In this document: positions 39,826 through 57,298 of the stretch, piece by piece
Numbering within the stretch: position 1 is the first letter of the stretch
How the letters are laid out: every line of letters begins with the position of its first letter
Assembly (NCBI GenBank): GCA_000004695.1
Contig: CM000153.2
Coordinates: 2,304,001-2,368,000 of the forward strand
Reading direction: 5' to 3'
Source of the DNA: Dictyostelium discoideum
Taxonomy: Eukaryota
DNA length: 64,000 bases
Translations under genes and position numbers: made by a program
The notes under the pieces: generated by a model
Databases searched by the model: none
The model's input: the letters and a program-made list of their open reading frames with translations, nothing else
Told to the model about the DNA's origin: nothing

Positions 39826-41747
39826 ATGAATTCATTTTTAGCTCGTGTTGGTTCATTAGGAAATATATTTAAATCTAAATCATTTTCACAACAATTTAGG
39901 AAAAATTTAAAGAATGAAAGTTATTATAAAAAAGTTAAAAGTAGTTGGATGAATGCAACTCAAAAACTCTTTAAATTAGATGAACCAACAAAAGGAAACA
40001 ATGTTACAATCTTTTTTACAGGTGATGAAATGTTTAGACATATGTGGGGTTGTATTAAAAGTGTAAAAATTTAAATTAATTATTAAAAAAAAAAAAAATA
40101 ATAAAAAATGTCACAAATAGAAAACTAAAAATACAAATTTTATTTTATTTTTAATTTTTCTATTAGGCAAAAGAATCAATTTATTTAGAAACATATACAA
40201 TTGAACCAGATTTAATTGGTAATAAAACCATTGAATTATTGACAGAAGCACAAAGAAGAGGTGTTCAAGTTAAATTTGCATATGATTCAATTGGTAGTTC
40301 AGGATTATCAGATTTTGATATTTATGAAATGAGAGTTTCCGGTGTTGATATCTATCAATTCAATCCGGTTGAAATTAGTTCAATATTACCATACACATTA
40401 AGAAATCATAGAAAGATTATAGTTGTTGATGAAAAGTATGGTTTTTGTGGTGGTATGAATATATCTGGTAAATATGCTTCATCAAATATGGATGGTGGTA
40501 AAGATTATTTCCGTGATACTCATTGTATGATTGAAGGACCTGCCGTTAAAAATCTTTTAAATATTTTTCATGATTCTGTTAAAGATAAAAGAATCATTGA
40601 AAAACCAGTAAATAAAATTGGTTCACCTGCTTTACTAGCTCTACATTTTCCATATGCATCTGAAATGGATTCCAAAATATATAAAAAACCAATTTATGAA
40701 TTAAATGAAGAATTTAAAGAATCAATTGAAAATAATAATCAATATATAAATAATAATGATAATAATAATTATAAAGATAAAGAACTTGATGATGAATATG
40801 AAGATGAAGATGATACATTTAATGATATAACTCAATCAACATATTATCATTATCAACCACCAATAAATAGTACAAATTATACAAATAATAATAAAATAAG
40901 GCAAAATGAAAAGAATTTAATAAAATTAGAAACACAACAACAATTTTTAAAAGATGAAGATTTAACTGAATTTACAATTGAAGATGATGATGATGATGAA
41001 GAAGGAGAGGATGATGATGAAAATGAAGATGAATTTAAAGAATTTGTATCATTAACAAGTGAATATAAAAATTTAGAGAATTTAAATAAATTAAATGATT
41101 ATTTGAATGATGAATCAAATATAAATCTAAATAATGGTAATGGTAGTGGTAGTAAAAAGATTGAAATAGTTCAATCAAAGACTATTTCAAATGCAGTTGT
41201 TCAAGTTCAACAATCAAATCAGTTTAGAAATAAAAGGGAGATTCAAAAAGCATTATTAATTGCATTGAATAAGTCGTATGATCATTGTTATTTCACTACA
41301 CCTTATTTTTTACCACCAAGAAAATTAAGAAAGGCAATTGTTAATGCCGCAAAACGTGGTGTTGATGTAAAGATTATTACGGCTGGAAAAAGTGATGTCC
41401 CTTGGTTCCGTAATGCTTCGAGATATATTTATCCACTTTTTTTAAAACATGAAAAAATTAAAATTTATGAATTGGAATCAATCACTTTACATGCGAAAAC
41501 TTTATCAATTGATGGTATGTATTCAACAATTGGAAGTTACAATTTGGATACCTGGTCTCAAAGAAATCTCGAAGCGAATCTCGCCTTCTTTAGTCCAAAT
41601 GTCGTAAAAGTTTTAGAAGATCAATTTAAAAATGATCTCAAATCCTGTAGCGAAGTAACCTTAAAAGATATTGGTAACCGTCCATTTTTAGATCGTTTAA
41701 TTTGTTTTTTCGCTTTCCAAATGAGTAAAATTTTAAAACCAACGTAA
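39826..41747 (+). CDS. Phospholipase-D superfamily enzyme with two HKD motifs (cardiolipin-synthase/PLD-like), two exons: join(39826..40062,40167..41747)
   Basis: HKD motif 1 LRNHRKIIVVDEKYGFCGGMNI and HKD motif 2 TLHAKTLSIDGMYSTIGSYNLDTWS. Cls-like N-terminus VTIFFTGDEMFRHMWGCIKS|AKESIYLETYTIEPD spans a 104-bp intron (donor AGT|GTAAAA 40063, acceptor tattAG 40165/6). A long acidic/N-rich insert separates the two halves. Confidence 0.75.
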
Positions 41748-42807
41748 TAAATAAATAAATAAATTAATAAATAAAAATAAATAAAAAATAAATAAATAAA
41801 AATAAAAATAAAAATAAAAAAAAAAAAAAGTAGTGTTGCCACTTTCTCATTTTGAGATTTTGCCAAAGTTAAAAGTGATGAAGGTGTAGGTTATAAAATT
41901 TTTTTCAATTTTTTTTTTTTAGTGTTTTATTTTTTTATTTTAATTAAATTTTTCTTTTTTTTTTTTTTTTTTTTTTTTTCTTTTTTTGGATCGAGCACAA
42001 AATCATAGATATATCTAAAATGATTTATTTTAATTAGAAAGTATAATAATAAAAAAAAAAAATAATAATAAAAAAAAAAATATAAAATAAAACACTGATT
42101 TTATAATAAAAAAAAGATTGAATTAGCAGATTACACTTTTTGAATTGTTTTATTTTTATTTTTATTTTTTTTTTTATTTTTTTTTTTTTTTATTTTTTTT
42201 TTTTTTAAAAAAAATTTTTTTCCAAAAGATATTTTTTTTTTTTTTCTAATTTTTTTTTTTTTTAATTTTAATATTATTATTAAGACATAAAAGGATATTA
42301 AAAAAAAATAAAATAAAATAAAATAATCACCTACAATACACACACTCACTCGCACACTCACAATTTAACAACTCACAAACAGCACACCACACAAATAAAG
42401 ACAACTGAGATTATCATGTTGTTTTATTTTTAAAAAAAAAAAAAAAAAAAAAAAATAAAATAAAAAAAAAATAATAAATAAATAAAATTAAAAAATATAT
42501 GTATATTTAATTTGTAGTATAATTTTTATTTTTTTTTTAAATTAATTTTTATTATTTTTTTTTTTTTAAAACACCATTTATTGTAATAATAATACTTAAT
42601 AATAATTAATAATAATTATAATAATATTAATAATAATATAGTATAATTTAACTCCCTTATAAACTTTCAATATTTCATAAATAGTAATATCATAAATAAT
42701 AATAAATATTTTAACTTCATTTAAAGTTATAATTTATTATTTTTCATATATATATATATTTTTTTTTATTCTAAACTACACCTTATAAATTAATTTTTTT
42801 TTTTTTG

Positions 42808-42848
<41 letters not shown>

Positions 42849-42925
42849 ATTCCACACACACAAAAAAAGGTTTATTTTATTTTATTTTTATTAAATAAAA
42901 CTAAATAAAAAAAAAAAAAAAAAAA

Positions 42926-45635
<2,710 letters not shown>

Positions 45636-46366
45636 ATAATTATTTATGCAAATAACAATGTGTTATATATATTTATTAAAGTAACAAGTAAAAAAAAGTA
45701 TAGAAAACAATTATAAAAAAAAAAAATCAAAAAAAAAATTAAAAAAAAAAAAAATCAAAAAACAGATAACAAAACAGCTCCCAGGAATAACAATATAATA
45801 TGATTATTAGTAATAGTGATCTGTATGTTGAATATAGGTAATTGTTTGAATTACAAAAATTAAATAAAAATTAAATTAGAATAAAAAAAAAAAAAAAATG
45901 CTTATCAATGTAATAGTCAAATAAAATAAGAAATTCTAGGAATATTGAATTTTAAAAATAGATTTCTATTATCTCCAAAATACCTTTTTTTTTTTTTTAT
46001 TCTTTGTGGTAAAATAAAAATAAAACAAATATTTATAATATTATATTATTACTTTTAACTGGAATTTAAAAATTGGAAGCCTTAATTTGGATCAACAGTA
46101 CCATCATTATGAGGTGTATTACTGAGTTATTGAAAAAAAACTATTATCTTGTGATCGACAGTGATTCGATTTTAAAAATAAAGAAAATAAAAAAAAAAAT
46201 TGGCCAAACAGCAGATGAAATTAGTCAATAAAATAACCTGGATTTAAAATCAATTTTTTTTTTTTTGTTTTCTTATTAAATTCTAAAAAATTAAAAAAAA
46301 AAACTAAATTTGATATTTTAACATTTTTATTTTTTTTTTTTTTATTTTTTTTTCTAATTTTGCTTT

Positions 46367-46397
<31 letters not shown>

Positions 46398-46413
46398 CAT
46401 TTTCAAATTAAAA

Positions 46414-46435
46414 ATGGACACTTTTGGAAATAAGG

Positions 46436-46474
<39 letters not shown>

Positions 46475-46735
46475 GCAACAAAGATATTGATAATACAATT
46501 GAATCAAAATTAACATTAACACCCTCTCCTTCAACTCCAGAAAAAATAGTATCAACAGTAACAACTGCAGTAGCCAAACCAAAAAAAGAATTAAAGAATT
46601 TAGTATTATACAAGCTAATTGATATAAATAGTGCAAAATGTTATTTTAAATATCAAAATATTAGAAAAGATATTGAATTATTTATAAATAAAGATGATGA
46701 GCCATCATTTAGAATTCTACTTGAAAATAATGCCG

Positions 46736-46766
<31 letters not shown>

Positions 46767-47711
46767 TAATAAGTTTATTATTGAACAAAGTGCAACCACT
46801 CTATTGAAATCATATTTAAAGTTAGAAAAACCAATAAAAGGAAATAGTTATGTTTATATCAATGATAAGAAAATTGATGATTACTCTTTTGATTTTCTTA
46901 TATCTGCTACCAGTACCACCACTGCCACAACAACAACAACAAACACCACACCACAATCTAGTAACAAAACAATACCATCTACACCAGTGTCAGTATCAAC
47001 CTCAACCGAAAAAGCTAATCAACTCAATTCTACACCAGGTATTGATCAAACTCCATATAGAGAAATTAATGATCATAAATTAATAAAAAAAGTTATAATT
47101 AAAGAAAATACTCAAAAAGAAGTAGAAGTAGAAGAAGAGTATCAATTCATTAAGAAATCATCACCATCATTGAAACAACATATTCAAATTAAAGAAGAAG
47201 AAGAAGAAGAAGAAGAAAAAGAATTAATTATAGAGAATGCAAAAATAAAACCATCAGGTGTTGGTAGATTCTTTCATTTCGGATGTGAAAGATATTTATC
47301 ATTTTCAAGTAGACAAACTTATAAAGAGAATGATCCAATTAAATCAATTCAAAGTCCAATTTCATCTGTTCAACAGAAACTAATTGATGATGGTTTCATT
47401 TGGGAGGATAAAGTTTTAAAGTATTTACAAGATGAAAATGATATTAAAAATCCTAAATATAGAATATTTAAACCTGAAAATGGTCAAGCAGATTTATCAA
47501 TCTCTGAAACTATTAGAATTTTAAAAGATGAAAAAGTAGATTCAACCCCATTCTATATGATTCAATCAACACTTGAACCACCAAAATCATTTAGAAGAAA
47601 TTTACCTGACTCAATTAAATTTTCAATTTCAAAGCCTGATTTCTTATTAATTTCAAAAAAGAGTACTTATGACGATGATGGTGATGGTAATAAATCAAAT
47701 ACTACAACAGC

Positions 47712-47746
<35 letters not shown>

Positions 47747-50700
47747 CGGCAACAATTAGAGAAATTGAAATTCAAGATGCAAAATCAACAACAGTTATTG
47801 CATTCCATCAAAAGATTCAATTAGCATTCTATTCATTGTTATTGAATGACATTATTAAAGAATTTGGTATTAAAGATTTAGTAGTGTCAGATAGAGCTGG
47901 TATTTATTTAAAAGGTAATTTTAATGTTGAATATTTTTCATTAAAGGATTCAATTAAAATACTTGAAAGTTTTTTATTTGGTGATTCTATTAAAAAGAGA
48001 TCATATCTTTTAGATATCCTTTCAACACCAAAAGAAAAATCTCCTTGGATTCTTAGTGAAAGATGTGATGGTTGTGAATTTATAAACTATTGTACAAATC
48101 AATATGAAAATGAAAAAACTTTAAATTCTTCTGTAAATATAAAATCTTCATCATTATTAAATTTAATTAAACAAGAAAATGAAAAAGAAAAAGAAAAAGA
48201 AAAAGAAAAAGAAAAAGAAAAAGAAAAAGAAAAAGAAAAAGAAAAAGAAAAAGAAAAAGAAAAAGAAAATGAAAATGAAAAAACAAATCAATTAGAATTT
48301 TTAATGAAAATCGATAAAGAATCAATTAAAAATTTAGCACAAAGAGTTGATTTTATTAAATCTTTACCAATGATTGAAGCATCACTAACTGATAAAGTTG
48401 TACCAACTGGTTTATTCGATATTAGATTATCTTCATATGAAGATATTCAAGTTTATTTAGAAATTATACATAATCCAATTAATCAATCAATTTACCAATG
48501 GGGTGTTTTAGTTGTTGATAATACTATCACACCACCATCACCATCATCAAATAAATTTGCAAAAGGAAATGATTTCATTGAATTGGTTATGGGTTTATCA
48601 GTGATTTTCAACCAATATCATAAATCGAAATTATCATTACAATGTTATATATTTGATTCATTCCAAAAATCATTATTCTTTAAACAATGTTTTAAATTAT
48701 TAAAAGATATTAATAATAATAATAATAACATTAATAATAATGAAATTGAATTACATAAAGAATCAATTCTTTTAGTATTAAGAACTTTATTACATAGTAA
48801 TGAATGGATTAATTTAAATATTGGTCATTTTCCACAATGTAATGTACCTTTAAATTGGACATTATCAGATAGACAAGATGAATATTCTTTCTTGGTTATT
48901 AAAGATTTAATTAAAACTTCATTTGCTATAAATGTTAAACCATTTTATACATTTAATAATATTGTAAAGAAATTATTATCACCTTCATCAAATGCTAATG
49001 GTGATGAAGATGATGATGGTGATGAAATATTTAAATTAATAATTAATAATGAAGATTGTTCAAATATTATTGAAAATAAATTACATAAACAATTAGAATT
49101 AATTAATTATTTAAAATTAGTTGTATTTAAAGGTGAAGATTTAAAAGAAGTAAAGAAAGCAAACCAATTCTTAATTAGAGACAAATCAATTTATAATGAT
49201 AATAAATTATTAGCAAAATTATTTTATTGTTATCAAAATGAATGTATTTCATCATATAGAAAATTAAAACAAATTAGATCAAATCCATTAGAAATTAATT
49301 TATTGGAAGGAACATTCTACAAATTAAAACTATTATCAATTGAAGCAAATGGTGAAAAGAAATTTAGATTAACATTTTCAACCGATATAAACATTCAAAA
49401 TTATCAAAGATTTGAACATATCATTGATAAATCATTCTCAAGTTTTGCTTTAATTCAATTATCAAACTATAAACATATATGGTCTTTAAATGAAATTTTA
49501 TCAACTTCTTCAGATTTAAAAAATCAATTCATTGAATCAATTCCATCAATTCATTCACATTATATCATTAACAAATCAATTGATTTAATTTCAGTTTCAT
49601 TAGTTTTTGATGTTTCTTCAAATGTTAAATTTTTAAACAATATGTATGTATAAAATAAAAAATAAAATAAAATAATAATAATAATAATAAATCAATACTA
49701 ATATTAATAAATATTTATTTATTTATTTAAAAGTGGTGAAGAATTTTTATTTTTTGAAAAATATGATATTGGTTACTTTTCAATGCATAGAAGTTTATTA
49801 AAATCGTATGATGAAATGAATAAATCATCAATATTTTTAGATATATTAAATGACCCAAAGAAATGGTGTACCGAGAATATTGATAATGATTTTAAGAGAT
49901 TAACTGATCAAGTGATTGAATCATTTAAAGATATTAGTGGTATTAATCCAAATACTAAATTAGTGATGACAACTTCTCAACAATTAATATTCGATTCAAT
50001 CATTAAAAAGAGAATGCAATTAGTAAGAGGTCCACCAGGTACTGGTAAAACTCATTTCTTAGCATTGGTAGTATTAATATTTATGGAATCATTCAAGAGA
50101 AAAGAAAAACCATTTAGAATTGCTATAACTTCATTTACACATAATGCAATCGATAATTTGCTATTAAGAATTTCAGCATTAAAAAAAGAATATTCAATTT
50201 CTGTTGGTCAAGATATTAATTTCCCATTATTTAAAAAACAATCATCCAAATTAACTGATGAATTCAAAGATAATGATATTAAATTATTCGATAAAAAAGA
50301 TTTAACAAATCGTAATCATCTTTGTGTTGGTGCTACAAGTTGGTCATTATCAACATTGGATTATAATGATTTCGATTTATTAATCATTGATGAAGCTTCT
50401 CAATTAAGTAGTTTTATTGGCTCTATACCATTCCAAAGATTAAATAAAGAAACTGGTAAAATTATAATTTGTGGTGATAATAAACAATTAGGTCCAGTTT
50501 TAAATGACTCATATCCAAATAGAAAAGAATTAAATTGTAATCAAAATCAAAATCAAAATCAAAATAATAATAATGATAATCCAAAATTACATAAATCAGT
50601 TTTCTCTTGTATTAAATCTCATCTAATTGCAAATAATATTAAAAATCCATATTTATCACTTTATGAAAACTTTAGAATGAATAATCAACTTTGTAAATTC

Positions 50701-51423
50701 TCTCAAAATCTTTATGGTAAACTTTATCAATGCTTTAAAGAGAATCAAGAATCAATAACACCTTTATCATTTGATAAAGATGATTTAAATAATCAATTGA
50801 TTGAATCAATTTTCAATAATGATTTATCATGTCATACAATCCTATTAGATGATTCACAATTTGGTGATAAAATATTAGAAGCCAACATTGTTAAACAAAT
50901 TTATAAATTCTTAAGAAAAGAATATTCAAAAAGATTAATTAATAATAATAATAATGAAGAAATAAATGATGAACAAATTAAAGAAGATAAATTTTGGAGA
51001 AAAGATTTAATACTTGGTGTAATTACACCACTTCATATTCAAAGAAATACAATTATTCCAATGATAAATCGTGTACAAATTAATGAATTAAATCTTGAAG
51101 CAACTGTAAAACCAATTGTAAATACAGTTGAAGTTACACAAGGTAAAGAATTTGAAAATGTAATTCTATGTTATAATGGTTTTGATGATCTTAATCGTAT
51201 CTCTGAATTTAGTTTTGACCTTAATCGTTTAAATGTTGGTTTCACTCGTTCAAAGAAAAGATTCATCTTAATAGTTTCCTCAAAATTATTCTTCCCTGAT
51301 GAATCAATCTTTGATAACAAAAGAATGTCTTTAGCTTATAATCATTTAATTAAATATATTGAATATTCAAAAATTCATCAATTTTATTCCTCACAAATTA
51401 AAAATGATAATAATATTATTAAA

Positions 51424-51481
<58 letters not shown>

Positions 51482-51543
51482 TAAATGACAATAATTTAAT
51501 CGATAAATTTAATAACAGTTTGGTGTTCGAGGATAAAAAATGA
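46414..51543 (+). CDS. Large nuclease-helicase fusion (DNA2-like): Cas4/RecB-type PD-(D/E)xK nuclease with 4Fe-4S cysteine motif plus Upf1-like SF1B helicase; proposed join(46414..49643,49734..51543), about 1660 aa
   Basis: Nuclease part: first Cys HFGCERYLSF; hhDhh motif SKPDFLLISK; E..K IEIQDAKST; QxxxY HQKIQLAFYSLLL; C-x2-C-x5-C ERCDGCEFINYC. Helicase part: Walker A LVRGPPGTGKTHFL, motif II LLIIDEASQL, motif III IICGDNKQLGPV, motifs V/VI VEVTQGKEFENVIL and LNRLNVGFTRSKKRFILIV. The two ORFs are joined by a 90-bp AT-rich intron (donor AT|GTATGT 49644, acceptor aaAG 49732/3, phase 2). A (GAAAAA)n run codes (KE)n. Confidence 0.6.
48181..48266 (+). repeat. (GAAAAA)n hexanucleotide repeat inside the nuclease-helicase CDS, encoding an (EK)n tract
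   Basis: gaaaaagaaaaagaaaaa.. seen directly from ~48181 to ~48266. Confidence 0.9.
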
Positions 51544-51960
51544 AAACACCAATTTGTAAAAAAAAAAAAAATAGTTTAAAAATAGAAAAATAGGAAAAAA
51601 AAAAAAATAAATAAAAATACTTTAAAGAATTAAAAGATAAATAATAATCGAGATAATCAAGATAAAAATGGGTTTTTTTTTTTTTTTTTTTTAAGAGTAT
51701 TTAGAGAAAATATGTACAGATTAATAAAAAAGTAAATTACTATTCAAAATATAGAATTTATAATTTTTGAACTTTACAATAAAAGATTTTACTTGTGTTA
51801 ATATTTGGAAATATCTTTGTAAAAATTATGGAATTCACCCACATTTTTTGATAACACAACCACACTCACACTCACACACTCACATTAATAAATCTAAAGA
51901 TTATAAATGGATATATATTCAATAATTGATCCCACTGATGTGATTATCTTTATGATCAGT

Positions 51961-51994
<34 letters not shown>

Positions 51995-52772
51995 CTTTGT
52001 TTTTTACTTCTTTTCTTTTATTTGCCATCAACCAACGTTTTCAAATGGGGTTTACAATAAAAATGAAAAAAATATTTCATGTTGGGTAGTTAACAAAACG
52101 ATTTTAGTGTTATCGAATTTATAAAAAAAAAATAAAAAAAAAGAAAAAAAAAGGGTTTAAACACAAAAAAAAAACATTTTGGCTTTTTCAAGATTTTTTT
52201 TGGCAAACTTTGGGTTTTTATCATAATTACATTAAAAAATAAAAATAAAAAAAATAAAAATAAAAAAAAAAAAAATAAAATAAAAAATAAAAAAAAAAAA
52301 CAAAAAAAAAAAATAAAATAAAATATAACACTGTTATTATTTTTTTTTTTTTTTTTTTTTTTTTCTTCCCTTTAGTCAAATCAATATATTTTTTAAAAGG
52401 TAATTTCGTTAGTAAAAAACTTTTTAACACTGTGTTTAACCCACATTGTTTTTTAAAACAAATAATTTGAATTTTAAAAATAATTTAGATTTTTTTGACT
52501 GGTTTATTTTATTATCATTTTATTAATTTTTTTTAAAAAAAAAAAAATTAAAAAAAATTGTTATTTAAAATTATATTTTTAAATCATAAAAGATCATTTT
52601 TAATATTATCATTATATAATCTTGGTTATAAGTAATTTTTTTTTTTAAAATATTATCACAAGATAAAATATAAAATCACCAAAATAATATTAGAATAATA
52701 TTTAAATTAAAATTAAAAATAAAATTAAAAATAATATTAAAATTAAAATTAAAATAAAATTAAAAAAATAAA

Positions 52773-52811
<39 letters not shown>

Positions 52812-53078
52812 CCCTTTTATAATAATAATCTATTTTAAATTATTTTTAATCGTTTATTAATTATATATTTATTTATATTTTTTATAATTATTCAATAACC
52901 ATTATTATTATTTTTATTATAATTATTTTAAAATTTTTATTTTATTAATTTATTTATTTATTCAATTATTAATTTTTTGGTTGCCACTGGTTGCCGACTA
53001 AAACCAACTAAAAAAAAAAAAAAAAAAAACCAAAATAATTTATCCCCATTAAATAATTATAGAGATATTGGAAAAAAA

Positions 53079-54174
53079 ATGAAAACTATATTATCATTAT
53101 TATTTATTTTAAGTATTTTTTCAAATTTATATTTTGTTAAATCGCAACAATCGGTTACAGTACTTTCAGATTCAATTGAATCATTTGGAACAATTGAAAC
53201 TGTTAAATCAGGTGCTTCAATTTACTCTTTCACATTGACCTCCAAATTACCAACCAACATTACTGTAACACCATGTTTTGGAACTTTCGATATTTATGTT
53301 AGTCTAAACAATATTATAACAAATAAGAGTGCAACCTATTATGGTGAATGGGATCCATCTGTAAAAGCACTTGGAACAAATTTAAAAGCATTACCTGAAA
53401 ATACTATTATGTATGTAAATAAAAAAAAATAAAAAAAATAAAAAAAAATGAAAATTATTATTATTCTGTGACATCATAAAATTAAATCATTAAACTAACT
53501 TTTTTTAAATATCATCATCATTATCATAAAAATATAGCTATATTGCTGTTATGCCATTAGAAGAATATGATTTCAAAAACAAAACATATGCCGCATCCTT
53601 CTCTGTTTTAATCACTACAAATGAACAAGATCGTATGTATAATTATAACCCTTTTATATTATTATTTTATATAATTTTTTATTTATTTATTTACTAACTT
53701 ATAATTAAAAAAAATATAATAAATAAATTATAAGTTGTTGTTCCATATTTACCAATACCAGCAAGAGATGGTGGTGTTGATATTAAATTAACAAATGGTG
53801 GTAAATCAGGTACAATTAGTTTTTATAAAACTGGAAATTCTACTGATAATTATACAATTTACACTTTTTATGGTACTAGACCAAAAGGAAGTTTCCCATT
53901 CTCTGCATGTGGTGTTAAATTTTATGCAACTGAAAACAATCAAAAGATTGAAGATAATGGTGACAATGAAGCATCTGCTACTTTCACTGGTTTAAATACT
54001 AAAGAACCAACTGGTTTAACTGTTGTTGTTACTAGAAAGACAAAGAATTTTTCAAGTGCCTATGATTATGCTGTTTTTAATGCTCCAAATTCTTCATCTT
54101 CTTTAAAATCAACTTTCTTAAATTTAATTCCAGCTTTCTTTATTTGTATTTTTATTTCATTTTTATTATTGTAA
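53079..54174 (+). CDS. Secreted, probably GPI-anchored protein of unknown function, three exons: join(53079..53410,53538..53632,53735..54174)
   Basis: True ATG 53079 (MKTILSLLFILSIFSNLYFVKSQ signal peptide). Donors AT|GTATGT (53411) and C|GTATGT (53633); acceptors tatAG 53536/7 and taAG 53733/4 keep the frame. Exon 3 is an open frame without ATG (..NGGKSGTISFYKTGNSTDNYTIYTFYGTRPKG..) ending in a hydrophobic tail NLIPAFFICIFISFLLL* typical of a GPI signal. Confidence 0.55.
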
Positions 54175-54317
54175 AACCACAATAATCTTCACATATTTCA
54201 TTTGTTTTTTTTTTTTCTGGAAAAAAAAAAAAAAGCTTAACAAAATAAAATAAATATTTAATAACAAAAAGAAAACCTTTTTTCAAAATTTATTTATTTT
54301 TTTTTTTTTTTGGTTGT

Positions 54318-54352
<35 letters not shown>

Positions 54353-54648
54353 GAAAAAAGATAGGAAAAAAAAGTGAAAAAGAAAAAATGATGGGGTGAA
54401 ATGCAAAAAAAAAGATAAAATAAACATTAGTTTTATTATGAGAATTTTACTTTGATTCTTTAGTATCAATAGTCATATATATGCGCTTCTTTAAAAAAAA
54501 AAAAATAAAAAAGTGAACAGCAAGTGGGGGTTATTTTATTTTTTTTAAAATTTTCTATTTTTTTTATTTATATCATTATGTTCTTTTTTTTTTTTCTTTT
54601 TTTTTGAATAAATTATTGATACTACTATTAATTATTTATATTATATAT

Positions 54649-55022
54649 TTAAACTCTGTCTGATGGGAAGAGATCAGCGGCTTTTTGTTCATCCCATTCT
54701 GAAATCTGTTATTTATTATTATTATTATTTTTTATTAAAATGAAAAGAAAAATAAAATAATATATATATTAGTACTACTTTTTATTTATATACTATTTCT
54801 TTTTTTTTTTTTTTTAAAAGTGATAAAATAATGAAAACATACCCAGGCAGCTGGACATAATGAGTTCATTGAGTTGAAAAAAGTTTGACATTTTGAGTTG
54901 TCACCATTGTAATGTTTGACACAACCATAGTAATCAACGTAGTTAGCCCAACAATGTTTAGTTTGGTTTTGTTGTGGGAATCTTGGGTTGTATGGTGCAG
55001 TTTGTAATTGTTCTCCTTCCAT
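54649..55022 (-). CDS. cox6b: Cytochrome c oxidase subunit 6B (COX6B/Cox12, CHCH fold), two exons: complement(join(54649..54705,54843..55022))
   Basis: Exon 1 MEGEQLQTAPYNPRFPQQNQTKHCWANYVDYYGCVKHYNGDNSKCQTFFNSMNSLCPAAW matches the COX6B pattern (FPNQNQTxHCWxNYxDYxRC..C..F....LCP..W). Donor TGG|GTATGT. Exon 2 ISEWDEQKAADLFPSDRV* matches the conserved W-x-x-x-WD-[DE]-[QR] C-terminus. Confidence 0.75.
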
Positions 55023-55546
55023 TGTTGTTAATTTATATGCTATGTGTGTATGAATGAATGAAATAAAAAATTTTTGAAAAAAAAAAAAAATTGGAAAAAT
55101 TAAAAAAAAAAAAAAAAAAAAAAAAATCAAAATTTTTTATTTTTTTTTTTTATTTTTTTATTATTTTTTTTTTTTTGTATTTACACTGAAATTGATTGTT
55201 TTTGAAAAATCAGCCAAATTTTTTTATTTTATTTTTTAAACAAAGAAATAAACAAAGAAATAGTGAAAATTGAAATTTTTTTTTTTTTTAAAATAAAAAA
55301 AAAAAAAATATATAAGTGAACATACAAAAAATATATTTTTTTTTCTTTTGATTATATTTAAAAAGGAAATATGGGAATTTTTTTTTTTTTTTGAGAAGAA
55401 AATGTGGAAAAAAAAAAATTTGGTGTTTTTACCTAATTTGGAGGATAAAAAACCTTTAAAAAAAATCGTATTGGTAAAAACATTTAAAATGATTTTAATG
55501 ACATAGAAGTGTTTACAAATATTTACAACTTGGTTTATTTATGTTT

Positions 55547-55595
<49 letters not shown>

Positions 55596-55621
55596 TGTTT
55601 TTATATTTTTATTAAACTATT

Positions 55622-56974
<1,353 letters not shown>

Positions 56975-57001
56975 AATTTTAAAAATAGAAAATGAAATTT
57001 G

Positions 57002-57052
<51 letters not shown>

Positions 57053-57298
57053 AAAATAAATCAATTTATTGGGAAAAATAAAAAAAATAAAAAAAATGAA
57101 AAATGAAAATAATTAAAAAGTCAATCTTATAAACCTTTTTTTTTATTTTTTTTTTAAAAATTTTAAAAAAAGTCGAATAAAAATAAAAAAAAAACCACCT
57201 TTTTTCCCTTAAGTTTTTTTTTTTTTTTTTTTTTTTACAATCAAATTCGAATATAAAATTTATATATCTTTATAAATATATATTATTAATATAATAAA

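Noticed and set aside
52977-53432. ORF-track start MVATGCRLKPTKKKKKK at 52977
   Set aside because: It begins at a non-ATG codon and reads through a poly(A) tract. The real ATG (53079) is followed by a clean signal peptide.
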